A DNA stretch of 36,176 bases from Acidobacteriota bacterium (GTDB lineage: Bacteria > Acidobacteriota > UBA6911 > RPQK01 > JADFOI01). The notes under the pieces are model-generated. The model worked only from the letters and a program-made list of their open reading frames with translations. It was not told where the DNA came from and made no database searches. Positions 1-8,230 of the stretch are shown piece by piece. The DNA lies in the NCBI GenBank assembly GCA_036338555.1, contig JAYZBY010000045.1, forward strand, positions 1 to 36,176, written 5' to 3'. A program made the position numbers and the translations under genes. How positions within the stretch are numbered: position 1 is the first letter of the stretch; each line of letters opens with the position of its first letter.

Positions 1-45
1 CTGTGCCTCTGTGGTGAAATTATCTTCTTCTGCGTCTCTTTGGTG
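1..45 (-). repeat. CACCACAGAG-type dispersed repeat, copy 1 (truncated by window edge)
   Basis: CTGTGCCTCTGTGGTGAAA...CTGCGTCTCTTTGGTG; homologous to 6757-6801, 8161-8212, 20496-20549; directly 3' of add. Confidence 0.8.
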
Positions 46-51
46 CAGCCC

Positions 52-1089
52 TCAAACCGAGATCCGCCGTATCTCCTCCTCGAACTCCTTCATCAGGGCA
101 TCCCTTTCAAGTTGAGGAAGGAAGGATGAACGAACCCCCTGCAGCGCCAGATGATCGATTTCTTTCCGGCCCAGCTCAAAAAGCCGGACCGCCAGCTGGA
201 ATTCCTGGTTCAGGGTGACTCCGAACAGTCCCGGATCGTCCGTATTCAGGGTCACGGCCACCCCCTTTCGGTAAAGCAACCCGAAGGGATTGTCCGAAAT
301 TGGCGTCCAGGCCCCAGTCCTGGCATTGCTGGTGAGACAAACATCCAGCCCGATGCCATGTTGACACAGGTAGTCGACGAGATCCGGATCCCGGGCCGCC
401 TGAATTCCGTGGCCGATCCGCCTGGCCCCTAGGACCTTGAGGGCCTCCCACACCTGTTGCGCATCGCCGATCTCACCGGCGTGAACATGGGCATAGAGCC
501 GGTGGGCCCGAACCCAGGCAAAGACCTCCTGATACTCGCTCATGGCAAGCGAATTTTCATCACCGCCCAGACCGATTCCCACCACTCCCTGCCCAGCAAA
601 CTCGGCAGCCAGCTCGGCGGTTCGCCAGGCCCACTCGACTTCGAATTGACGAACGCAATCCAGTATCCAACGAATCGTGGCTCCCTGACTCGCGATTCTT
701 GTACTTTGGTCCAGCAAAGCGACCAGGATCTCTTTTCCGTTTCCTCCGGCTCTCCAGGGAATAGAGGGCGTGTAGATGATCTCTGCGTAGCGAATATTTT
801 GCTCTCTGAAATAAACCCCCAGACGATCAAGCACCATCGAATAATCTTCAGGCTGGTGGAGATGCTCGCAGACAGTTCGGTAGGTATCCAGGAAGTGGTA
901 GAAATCTCGGTAATGGAAAAGCTGAGTCTCGAGCTCCTCCTCGGTGAGCGAGGCGTATTGGCTTTGGTATTTCCGGCTGAGATCCCGCAGGGTGGCGGGC
1001 GTTACCGATCCTTCCAGATGAAGATGGAGTTCCGCTTTCGGGAGGTGCTGGATGTAATCATCCGAGACGGAGTTGCTCTCCTTGGCCAT
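52..1089 (-). CDS. add: adenosine/adenine deaminase
   Basis: PKAELHLHLEGS, HAGE, RIGHG and NTDDP motifs; start overlaps upstream stop (TGATG). Confidence 0.88.
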   Translation of the reverse strand: MAKESNSVSDDYIQHLPKAELHLHLEGSVTPATLRDLSRKYQSQYASLTEEELETQLFHYRDFYHFLDTYRTVCEHLHQPEDYSMVLDRLGVYFREQNIRYAEIIYTPSIPWRAGGNGKEILVALLDQSTRIASQGATIRWILDCVRQFEVEWAWRTAELAAEFAGQGVVGIGLGGDENSLAMSEYQEVFAWVRAHRLYAHVHAGEIGDAQQVWEALKVLGARRIGHGIQAARDPDLVDYLCQHGIGLDVCLTSNARTGAWTPISDNPFGLLYRKGVAVTLNTDDPGLFGVTLNQEFQLAVRLFELGRKEIDHLALQGVRSSFLPQLERDALMKEFEEEIRRISV

Positions 1090-2036
1090 CAGATGAGCAA
1101 TTGAAGCTCCCTGAGGTGATCAATCGTCTCCCCGGAGATGAAATTCTCATAGGTCTTTAATTCCTTGTCGGCCGGAGTGCGCTTCCTCATTTCGTCCCAG
1201 CACATGGGAGAGACGAAGATGAGCTCAGCTTCCTGAATGATTTTTTCGATCAAATCCTCTCGGTGAATCGGTGCGATCCAGAATTGTTTCTCGGTGGAGG
1301 GATAAAAGAGATTCATGAAGATCTCCTGGGAGGCGTGCATCGTCTTCTCGTCCTGAATCACGATGGCGACGTTGCGGCTCTGGGCGGCCTCCAGGATCTC
1401 CCGGTAAATTTCATGGCTGGGTTTGATCTCCACCACCGGCTTCCCATGCTGCTCGGCAAGCGGCTTCACTTCCTCCATATGCCAACTGGTGGTCAAGAAG
1501 TAGTCGCAATCCTGGAGTAGCTGACTGGCGCCGTTGCTCTGGACCTGGCTCAGGGATATCGACGACGCCTTGGCTCCCAGGCGCAGTGTCAGCTCACGGG
1601 AGAAGATGAAGGCCTCCTCCTCATGATCAATCACGGCCAGATGAATCTGCTTCAAGTTCCTTCCCGAGGTATAGCTCTCAAAAAGCGGGATGAACTTCTC
1701 AGCAGGCAATCCCAGGCCTACGGCTTTCTTTTCAACCTCTTTCAGCAATTTGAAGATTGCTTGCCGCCGCATTTGCTCGTAGCCACCCTCCCCGCTTCGA
1801 TTGCGCAGGAAGGCACCGCTGCCTTTGACGATCTCGATATAGTTCTCTTCAGCCAGTCGGAGGTAGATCTTCCGAATGGTCTTGTAATTAACTCCCAGTT
1901 CCTCGGCCACCTCACGGATCGAAGGCAGGCGATCTCCCTCCTTGATTTTTCCGCAATAAATGGCCGACAGGAGTTGACCCTTGATCTGTTCGTAGGAACT
2001 TAGGGCGACTTCTGGATCGAGATTGAATTTGATCAT
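1089..2036 (-). CDS. GntR-family transcriptional regulator with long C-terminal domain
   Basis: N-terminal winged helix YEQIKGQL...GDRLPSIREVAEELGVNYKTIRKIYLRL...KGSG; ~190 aa alpha/beta C-terminal region. Confidence 0.85.
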   Translation of the reverse strand: MIKFNLDPEVALSSYEQIKGQLLSAIYCGKIKEGDRLPSIREVAEELGVNYKTIRKIYLRLAEENYIEIVKGSGAFLRNRSGEGGYEQMRRQAIFKLLKEVEKKAVGLGLPAEKFIPLFESYTSGRNLKQIHLAVIDHEEEAFIFSRELTLRLGAKASSISLSQVQSNGASQLLQDCDYFLTTSWHMEEVKPLAEQHGKPVVEIKPSHEIYREILEAAQSRNVAIVIQDEKTMHASQEIFMNLFYPSTEKQFWIAPIHREDLIEKIIQEAELIFVSPMCWDEMRKRTPADKELKTYENFISGETIDHLRELQLLI

Positions 2037-2047
2037 CTAAATTCGAG

Positions 2048-3340
2048 TCAGCCTAACACAAAGGGATGTCCGGTCAATTCTTCGGCATCATACATCCAGG
2101 GCCGCAGGGCCGCAGGGATGCGAACGGTCCCGTCGGCCTGCTGAAAGTTCTCGAGGATCGCCACCCAGGTCCTCCCTACGGCCAAGCCCGAGCCATTGAG
2201 GGTATGGACCCATTGGCTCCGCTTGTTGCCGCTGGCCTTGAACCGGATGTTCGCCCGGCGCGCCTGAAAATCCTCGAAGTTGGTACAGGAGGAGATTTCG
2301 CGATATTTCTCCTGAGAGGGCACCCAGACTTCCAGATCATAAGTCTTGGCGGCACTGAAGGACATGTCGCCGGTCGATAAAGTCACCACCCGATAGGGAA
2401 GTTCCAGCCGGCGGAGAATCTCCTCTGCATGGGAAGTCAATTCTTCCAGCCTTTCATAGGAGTCTTCCGGCTTGGAAAACTTCACCAGTTCAACCTTGTT
2501 GAATTGATGCTGCCGAATCAAACCCCTGGTGTCCTTGCCGTAGGATCCCGCTTCACTGCGAAAGCAGGGTGTGTAGGCCACGAAATTGATGGGTAGTTGC
2601 TCTTCATCCAGAATTTCATTGGCAAACACGTTGGTGACAGGAACCTCAGCGGTGGGAACCAGAAAGTAATCTGTGCCCTCCACATGAAACAGGTCTTCTT
2701 CAAACTTGGGGAGGTTGCCGGTTCCAAAAAAGCTGGCTCGATTGGCCATAAAGGGCGGAAGAATCTCCAGGTATCCATGTTCCCGCACGTGAACGTGGAG
2801 CATGAAATTGATCAGAGCCCGCTCCAGCAGCGCTCCATCCCCATAGTAGTTGGTGAATCGAGCACCGGTGATTTTACTGGCCCGCTCCGGATCCAGAATC
2901 CCCAGACTGGCACCCAGATCGACATGATCACGGACGGTAAAATCAAATTCAGGAACCTCCCCGACTTCCCTGACCAGGGCGTTGGCTGTTTCATCGGGGC
3001 CCACCGGCACGCTCGGGTGGGGAAGGTTCGGAATTTCCGCCAGCAGATCCCGGACACCTTCTTCCAGCGATTTGATCTTCTCATCCAGCTCCTTGATGCG
3101 AGCTGAAACCTGCTTCATCTCGGCAATCTTCTCGCCGGCATCCTCCCCCAGCTTTTTCATCTCGGCAATCTCGTCGCTGGTCTTATTGCGAAGCCCTCGG
3201 GCCTCCTCCCACTCCTGTCGGACCGACCGCTCTTCCTGGTCCAGCTTGAGAAAAGCCTCCTGGTCCAATTCAAAGCCTTTGCACTTGAGCCGCTCCTGGA
3301 CGGAATCCAGATTCTCTCGGATCATGCTTCGGTCTAACAT
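2048..3340 (-). CDS. serS: serine--tRNA ligase
   Basis: N-terminal coiled coil, [45 protein letters not shown]. Confidence 0.97.
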   Translation of the reverse strand: MLDRSMIRENLDSVQERLKCKGFELDQEAFLKLDQEERSVRQEWEEARGLRNKTSDEIAEMKKLGEDAGEKIAEMKQVSARIKELDEKIKSLEEGVRDLLAEIPNLPHPSVPVGPDETANALVREVGEVPEFDFTVRDHVDLGASLGILDPERASKITGARFTNYYGDGALLERALINFMLHVHVREHGYLEILPPFMANRASFFGTGNLPKFEEDLFHVEGTDYFLVPTAEVPVTNVFANEILDEEQLPINFVAYTPCFRSEAGSYGKDTRGLIRQHQFNKVELVKFSKPEDSYERLEELTSHAEEILRRLELPYRVVTLSTGDMSFSAAKTYDLEVWVPSQEKYREISSCTNFEDFQARRANIRFKASGNKRSQWVHTLNGSGLAVGRTWVAILENFQQADGTVRIPAALRPWMYDAEELTGHPFVLG

Positions 3341-3346
3341 TCCAGG

Positions 3347-4222
3347 TTACAACCTCAAGCCTTTCAAGTAAGTTCGAAACTCTTCGCCCACCTCTGGGTG
3401 CTCCAGCGCGAACTGGACGGTGGCCACCAGATACTCCAGTTTATTCCCCGCATCATAACGAACACCGCGAAAACGATAAGCATACAAGGGTTCCTTTTCG
3501 ATCAAACCCTTGAGGCCATCGGTGAGCTGAATTTCTCCTCCCGCACCCGGCTGGGTGGCTTTGAGGGCTTCAAAAATTCCAGGGGTGAGAATGTATCGAC
3601 CGGGGATGATCAGATTGGATGGAGCATCCTCGGGCGCCGGCTTTTCCACCAGCCCCCGGACTCGATAGAGCCGATCGTCCTTGCCTTCAACCGGTTCGAC
3701 GGCCACCACCCCATAGCGGGAAACGGCTTCCGGCGGAACTTCCATCACGGCAACCACGCTGGCCTGGCAGGCTTGGTGGGCTTCCAGCAGCTGCTTCAAG
3801 CAAGGAACGTCGCCGCGGAAAATATCATCCCCCAACAGGACTGCGAAGGGCTCTTCAGTGAGCAGGCTCTGGGCAACCAGAACGGCATGTCCCAAGCCCA
3901 AGGGATTCTCCTGGCGGACCGAAGAAACGGAAACCATTTCCGCGATCTCCTCAACCATCTGGAGTTCCTTCTTTTTCCCCAATTCCAGAAGCCGCTGCTC
4001 CAGTCCGGTGTTGTGGAGAAAATGGCCTTCGATCTCGCCCTTTTTCGGGCTGGTCACCAAAACAACGTTTTCAAGGCCGGACTGGACCACCTCCTCCACA
4101 ACATATTGGATGGTGGGCTTGTCCACGATGGGCAACATTTCCTTGGGGACGGCTTTGGTGGCCGGGAGAAACCGAGTTCCCAGGCCCGCCGCCGGAATGA
4201 CCGCCTGTCGAACTTGCTTCAC
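3347..4222 (-). CDS. galU: UTP--glucose-1-phosphate uridylyltransferase
   Basis: AVIPAAGLGTRFLPATKAVPKEMLP, GLGHAV, VEKP, EIQLTD; start placed at GTG 4222 by family length (track start 4267). Confidence 0.93.
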   Translation of the reverse strand: MKQVRQAVIPAAGLGTRFLPATKAVPKEMLPIVDKPTIQYVVEEVVQSGLENVVLVTSPKKGEIEGHFLHNTGLEQRLLELGKKKELQMVEEIAEMVSVSSVRQENPLGLGHAVLVAQSLLTEEPFAVLLGDDIFRGDVPCLKQLLEAHQACQASVVAVMEVPPEAVSRYGVVAVEPVEGKDDRLYRVRGLVEKPAPEDAPSNLIIPGRYILTPGIFEALKATQPGAGGEIQLTDGLKGLIEKEPLYAYRFRGVRYDAGNKLEYLVATVQFALEHPEVGEEFRTYLKGLRL

Positions 4223-4251
4223 TGATTTTTCACCCACGCTTTGACCAGCAT
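4219..4251 (-). CDS. putative leaderless 10-aa upstream ORF MLVKAWVKNQ
   Basis: ATG 6 nt after extended -10 TGtTATCAT (4266-4258); its TGA overlaps the galU GTG. Confidence 0.3.
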   Translation of the reverse strand: MLVKAWVKNQ

Positions 4252-4313
4252 AAAAGGATGATAACATGGGGGTTCCAGGGAGGGAAGGCGACTGAACTGC
4301 AGGGCCATCGAAC

Positions 4314-4343
4314 TTGACAATCCCCAGGCTGGAATCATATATT
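4314..4343 (+). promoter_or_regulatory. sigma70-type promoter, probably leaderless, for FmdB-purD-purE
   Basis: TTGACA-N18-TATATT, 7 nt before ATG 4351, no Shine-Dalgarno. Confidence 0.65.
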
Positions 4344-4350
4344 TTCCCAG

Positions 4351-4647
4351 ATGCCTCTTTACGAATACCGCTGTGAACAATGTGAAGATATCAGCGAGAC
4401 CATTCAGAAGTTTTCTGATCCTCCGTTGACCACCTGCGAGGTCTGTGGAGGCAAGCTGGAGCGCCTCCTATCCCCTTCCGCCATTCAGTTCAAGGGGTCC
4501 GGATGGTATGTCAATGACTACGGCAAGAAGAATGGTCAGGAGGCTGGGGCCAAGGTTTCTTCGGAAAAAACGGAAAAAAAAGAAGCGGCGGGCTCTTCTG
4601 ACTCCAAGAGCGCTTCCAAAACCAAGAAGGACGCCCCTGCGAAGTAA
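4351..4647 (+). CDS. FmdB-family zinc-ribbon protein
   Basis: MPLYEYRCEQC...CEVCGG...FKGSGWY, followed by a low-complexity K/S/A tail. Confidence 0.9.
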   Translation: MPLYEYRCEQCEDISETIQKFSDPPLTTCEVCGGKLERLLSPSAIQFKGSGWYVNDYGKKNGQEAGAKVSSEKTEKKEAAGSSDSKSASKTKKDAPAK

Positions 4648-4679
4648 GTGCCAGTAGGCGCTAACATAAAGCGATTACC

Positions 4680-5969
4680 TTGAAAGTACTTGTCGTCGGG
4701 GCCGGTGGCCGGGAGCACGCCATCGTCTCGAAAATCAGTCGCAGTTCCCACCTCGAAAAGCTTTACTGCGCTCCGGGGAATGCCGGAACCAGTCAACTGG
4801 CCAACAACATCCCCATTCCAGCGGAGGACATCGACAGTCTGCTCGATTTCGTCCGCTCCGAGGGCATCGACCTGACGGTGGTCGGGCCGGAGGCGCCCCT
4901 GGTCAATGGAATTGTGGATCGTTTCGAGGAGAACGATTTCGCCGTAGCAGGACCCTCGCAGGCGGCAGCCATTCTGGAAGGCAGCAAGGCCTTTGCCAAA
5001 GATTTCATGAAGCGGCACTCCATTCCCACCGCAGCTTACCAGACTTTCGATCAGATGGACCTGGCCGGAGCCGCTCTGGAAAATAACCAGTTCCAGTTCC
5101 CGGTGGTTTTGAAGGCGGACGGCTTGGCGGCAGGCAAAGGCGTCTTCGTGTGCGCCAATCTGGAGGAGAGCCAGGAGGCTCTCGATGCCATCATGGGAGA
5201 AAGAAGATTCGGAGCTTCCGGCGATCACCTCGTCATCGAGGAGTTCCTGGAGGGAGAGGAAGTTTCTTTTATGGTTTTCTCCGACGGCGTCAAAATTTTG
5301 CCGATGGTGCCGTCCCAGGATCACAAGGCCATCCACGAAGGCGATCAAGGCCCGAATACGGGCGGCATGGGAGCCTATTCGATTGATGCCATTCTCTCCG
5401 ATGACCTGCGTCAACAGATTCTGGATGAAGTCATTCACCCTACGATTCGTGGAATGTCCCAGGAGGGAAGGCTTTACCGCGGCATCCTCTATGCCGGCCT
5501 CATGATCACTCGGGACGGCCCCAAGGTTCTAGAATTCAATGTTCGCCTCGGGGATCCGGAAACACAGGTCGTGCTTCCTCGACTCAAGAGCGATCTTTTG
5601 ACTGCCTTGAACCAAATGGCCCAGGGCGACTTGAAAGATGTGAATCTGGAATGGAGCGCCGAGGCGGCCGTTTGCGTGGTGATTGCCGCGGGAGGATACC
5701 CGGGATCCTATGAAAAGGGAAGGGAGATCTCCGGATTGGAAATGGCCGACGAAGAAACAAACACCATCACCTTTCATGCAGGAACTGAATTGAAAGAGGA
5801 GAAGGTGGTGACCAGCGGCGGTAGAGTTCTGGGCGTGACCTCCCTTGCACCCACCCTCAGGGCGGCCGTCATCCGAGCCTATGAGGCGGTGAACAAGATT
5901 CATTTCGACGGAATGTACTGTCGTCGGGATATTGCCTCAAAAGGAATTGCTAGATTAGAAAGGAATTGA
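4680..5969 (+). CDS. purD: phosphoribosylamine--glycine ligase
   Basis: GAGGREHA, VVGPEAPL, KADGLAAGKGV, GPNTGGMGA, EFNVRLGDPETQ; TTG start. Confidence 0.97.
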   Translation: MKVLVVGAGGREHAIVSKISRSSHLEKLYCAPGNAGTSQLANNIPIPAEDIDSLLDFVRSEGIDLTVVGPEAPLVNGIVDRFEENDFAVAGPSQAAAILEGSKAFAKDFMKRHSIPTAAYQTFDQMDLAGAALENNQFQFPVVLKADGLAAGKGVFVCANLEESQEALDAIMGERRFGASGDHLVIEEFLEGEEVSFMVFSDGVKILPMVPSQDHKAIHEGDQGPNTGGMGAYSIDAILSDDLRQQILDEVIHPTIRGMSQEGRLYRGILYAGLMITRDGPKVLEFNVRLGDPETQVVLPRLKSDLLTALNQMAQGDLKDVNLEWSAEAAVCVVIAAGGYPGSYEKGREISGLEMADEETNTITFHAGTELKEEKVVTSGGRVLGVTSLAPTLRAAVIRAYEAVNKIHFDGMYCRRDIASKGIARLERN

Positions 5970-5970
5970 C

Positions 5971-6453
5971 ATGGCGGCGCCAAAAGTCGGAATTTTAATG
6001 GGCAGCAAATCAGATCTCGGCGTCATGGAAGGGGCGGCCAAAACCCTCGAGCAATTTGAGGTTCCCTTCGACATGAAGGTTCGCTCGGCCCATCGGACCC
6101 CTCAAGAGACGGCGGAGTACGTCGGATCGGCCGAAAGTCGCGGCATCCAGGTCCTGATCGCCGGTGCCGGATTTGCCGCCCACCTGGCCGGAGCCCTAGC
6201 GGCCCACTCCAGCCTCCCGATCATCGCGGTTCCTCTGGACTCCTCTCCTCTGCAGGGATTGGATTCCCTGCTCGCCTCGGTTCAAATGCCCCAGGGGGTT
6301 CCCGTGGCCTGCATGACAATCGGCAAGGCAGGCGCGGTCAACGCCGCTCTTTTCGCAATCCAGATTCTGAGCCTGAGTGACCCGGATTTAGCCGAAAAGT
6401 TCAGGGAATATCGAAAAAAGCTGCGAGAAAAGACCCTGGCGATCGAGCTTTAG
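5971..6453 (+). CDS. purE: N5-CAIR mutase / AIR carboxylase PurE
   Basis: MGSKSD, SAHRTP, AGAGFAAHLAG, VQMPQGVPVA. Confidence 0.95.
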   Translation: MAAPKVGILMGSKSDLGVMEGAAKTLEQFEVPFDMKVRSAHRTPQETAEYVGSAESRGIQVLIAGAGFAAHLAGALAAHSSLPIIAVPLDSSPLQGLDSLLASVQMPQGVPVACMTIGKAGAVNAALFAIQILSLSDPDLAEKFREYRKKLREKTLAIEL

Positions 6454-6464
6454 CCCGCCGCCAA

Positions 6465-6485
6465 GCGCTGGTCGAAGACCAGCGC
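6465..6485. repeat. perfect 9-bp hairpin with GAA loop (module also at 14882-14900 and 20323-20343)
   Basis: GCGCTGGTC-GAA-GACCAGCGC. Confidence 0.85.
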
Positions 6486-6541
6486 GTTCCACGTTCCAGG
6501 TTCCACGTTCCAGGTTCCACGTTCCAGGTTCCACGTTTCTG
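6486..6541 (+). repeat. heptamer tandem repeat, alternating GTTCCAC/GTTCCAG
   Basis: 7 perfect units plus one degenerate unit. Confidence 0.95.
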
Positions 6542-6620
6542 GCAAGTGGGAGGCGCCGAAGAATTGCTGAAAGCTAACAAGAAGAGTTCAGGGCTAGGAG
6601 AGGGAGCCGGAATGGTGGGT

Positions 6621-6684
6621 CCGGAGTGGGGGAGGCGCCTCAGTGCGCCGATTTCGGAGAGCCGCTCATAGAGCGGTCACTACA
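6621..6684 (+). repeat. REP-like doublet (REP-A plus inverted REP-B)
   Basis: CCGGAGTGGGGGAGGCGC-CTCAGT-GCGCCGATTTCGG then CCGCTC-ATA-GAGCGG...CTACA (GTAG on the minus strand). Confidence 0.75.
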
Positions 6685-6695
6685 ATTTTGGAAGA

Positions 6696-6752
6696 AAATC
6701 CGAAATCCGAAGTCCCAAACTCGAAACAGATTCCAATTAGGGTTTCGGATTT
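6696..6752. repeat. AAATCCG-type heptamers, + oriented at 6696-6723 and - oriented at 6739-6752
   Basis: AAATCCG AAATCCG AAGTCCC AAACTCG; GGGTTTCGGATTT. Confidence 0.7.
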
Positions 6753-6756
6753 CTTT

Positions 6757-6801
6757 CTGTGTCTCTGTGGTGAAATTCTTCCCCGTGCCTTGGTGGTGAA
6801 A
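6757..6801 (-). repeat. CACCACAGAG-type dispersed repeat, copy 2
   Basis: CTGTGTCTCTGTGGTGAAA...CCGTGCCTTGGTGGTGAAA abutting the pgeF stop. Confidence 0.85.
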
Positions 6802-6803
6802 AA

Positions 6804-7550
6804 CTAGCTTCGAAAGCCTGCCAACAACCAGTTTCGCCCGGTTTCGCCTTCTTTTCGGTAAGAATAGAACAAATCGGTTCGGCAGGCCGTGCACATCCCG
6901 GAGTCCAGGACCCGGGTCACTCCCAATCCCCGGATCTGTGCCTGATTGGCCCGGACCAGGTCCAGTTGACCTCCCCCAAACAACTGATCCACATTATGCC
7001 CCGCCTCTTCAAACTGAGACCGCACCTCGGGACCCACCCGATAGCAGCAGCTGCGAATACCGGGTCCAATGGCCACGGTCACCTCCTCCGGAGTCACTCC
7101 GGGTAATTCCAGAAGTCGGGTAACCCCGCTCACGGCAATTCGATCCCGGGTCCCTCGCCAACCGGCATGCAGGAGGCATATTTGCTGCTTGGCAACCGCC
7201 AAAATGGGAAGGCAATCGGCGGTTCGGATCACCGGAAACTGATCGGAAGGCTGGACCAAAATCCCATCGGCAGGCCCAATCACAGCAGGCTCATGTTCCT
7301 TAGCAGAAGAGGGTTTCAATCTCACCACCTGGCTGGAATGAACCTGCTCCAGAAAGACCAACTGGCCTGCTCGGATTCCCAGTGCCGCGAGAAGGGCCTC
7401 GCCTTGCGTCGCATCTGAAATCGATGGATTTGCATCATTGATGGACGAGTCACTCTGACGTAAAGTAAAGGCGTGAACAAGATTTGGAATTGCTTCCAGT
7501 TCCTGGAATACAAAGAAGGTGGTCCCACCCAATTTCTTTTCGTAGAACAT
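6804..7550 (-). CDS. pgeF: YfiH/PgeF laccase-domain protein (purine nucleoside phosphorylase-like)
   Basis: QVHS, RTADCLPI, HAGWRG, GPGI..CCY, CT...FYSYR motifs. Confidence 0.88.
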   Translation of the reverse strand: MFYEKKLGGTTFFVFQELEAIPNLVHAFTLRQSDSSINDANPSISDATQGEALLAALGIRAGQLVFLEQVHSSQVVRLKPSSAKEHEPAVIGPADGILVQPSDQFPVIRTADCLPILAVAKQQICLLHAGWRGTRDRIAVSGVTRLLELPGVTPEEVTVAIGPGIRSCCYRVGPEVRSQFEEAGHNVDQLFGGGQLDLVRANQAQIRGLGVTRVLDSGMCTACRTDLFYSYRKEGETGRNWLLAGFRS

Positions 7551-7576
7551 CCGTCTGAAAAGGCTAACACAGGTCC

Positions 7577-7951
7577 ATGATCGTTGGCATAGGCATTGAT
7601 ATTGTCGAGATTCACCGCATCAGTACGGCTCTAAAAGGCACCCGGGCCATGGAACAAAGGGTCTTCACTCCGGAGGAGATCCGCTTCTGCTCTAAGCGCA
7701 AGAACAAGTACCAGCACTTCGGTGGGCGCTTCGCCGCCAAGGAGGCCGCCTTGAAGGCCCTGGGCACGGGATGGAGTCAGGGAATCCGCTGGAAGGACGT
7801 GGAGATCACTAGCGACGACTCGGGGAAGCCGATCCTCACCCTGCACGGCAAGGCCAGAGAGTTTTTTAAAAGCTCCGGTGCGCGCCACACCTGGGTCTCA
7901 ATCACTCACTCCTCAGAGCACGCCGTGGCCGTGGTGGTGTTGGAGAAGTGA
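7577..7951 (+). CDS. acpS: holo-[acyl-carrier-protein] synthase
   Basis: GIGIDIVEI, RFAAKEAALKALGTG, GKP, VSITH. Confidence 0.96.
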   Translation: MIVGIGIDIVEIHRISTALKGTRAMEQRVFTPEEIRFCSKRKNKYQHFGGRFAAKEAALKALGTGWSQGIRWKDVEITSDDSGKPILTLHGKAREFFKSSGARHTWVSITHSSEHAVAVVVLEK

Positions 7952-7959
7952 AGGACCGG

Positions 7960-7999
<40 letters not shown>

Positions 8000-8026
8000 A
8001 GGGGATGGTGATCCTTGCAGACTGAC

Positions 8027-8056
8027 AGAAAATCCGAAATTCGAAATCCAAATCCA
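8027..8056 (+). repeat. AAATCCG-type heptamer repeat
   Basis: AGAAAATCCGAAAT identical to 6693-6706, continuing TCG AAATCCA AATCCA. Confidence 0.75.
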
Positions 8057-8131
8057 GCCTGTTCTCCAGGTAGAGTGGCTGCCAAAGCGACCTGGCCGTG
8101 GGCTGGCGCTGCCCTGCAACCTGGCTGGTGA

Positions 8132-8157
8132 TCAGGGGCTAGGGGTCAGGGGTTAGC
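8132..8157 (-). repeat. ACCCCTG-type heptamer repeat
   Basis: TCAGGGGCTAGGGGTCAGGGGTTAGC; shares GGTCAGGGGTTAGCCT with 16085-16100. Confidence 0.8.
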
Positions 8158-8160
8158 CTT

Positions 8161-8212
8161 CTCGGTGTCTTTGTGTCTCTGTGGTGAAAATTTCTTCTCT
8201 GCGTCTTTGTGA
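8161..8212 (-). repeat. CACCACAGAG-type dispersed repeat, copy 3
   Basis: GTGTCTTTGTGTCTCTGTGGTGAAAATTTCTT, nearly identical to the 20501-20532 copy. Confidence 0.88.
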
Positions 8213-8230
8213 TTAGGCGCGGGATCGCCG

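Noticed and set aside
6486-6541. Possible CRISPR array
   Set aside because: Contiguous 7-nt units with no unique spacers and no cas genes.
8066-8124. Imperfect inverted repeat CCAGGTAG...CAACCTGG
   Set aside because: Could be a decayed REP doublet, but it is too degenerate and single-copy to support.
8132-8157. G-quadruplex from GGGGTCA repeats
   Set aside because: At most three GGGG runs per locus, too few for a canonical intramolecular G4.
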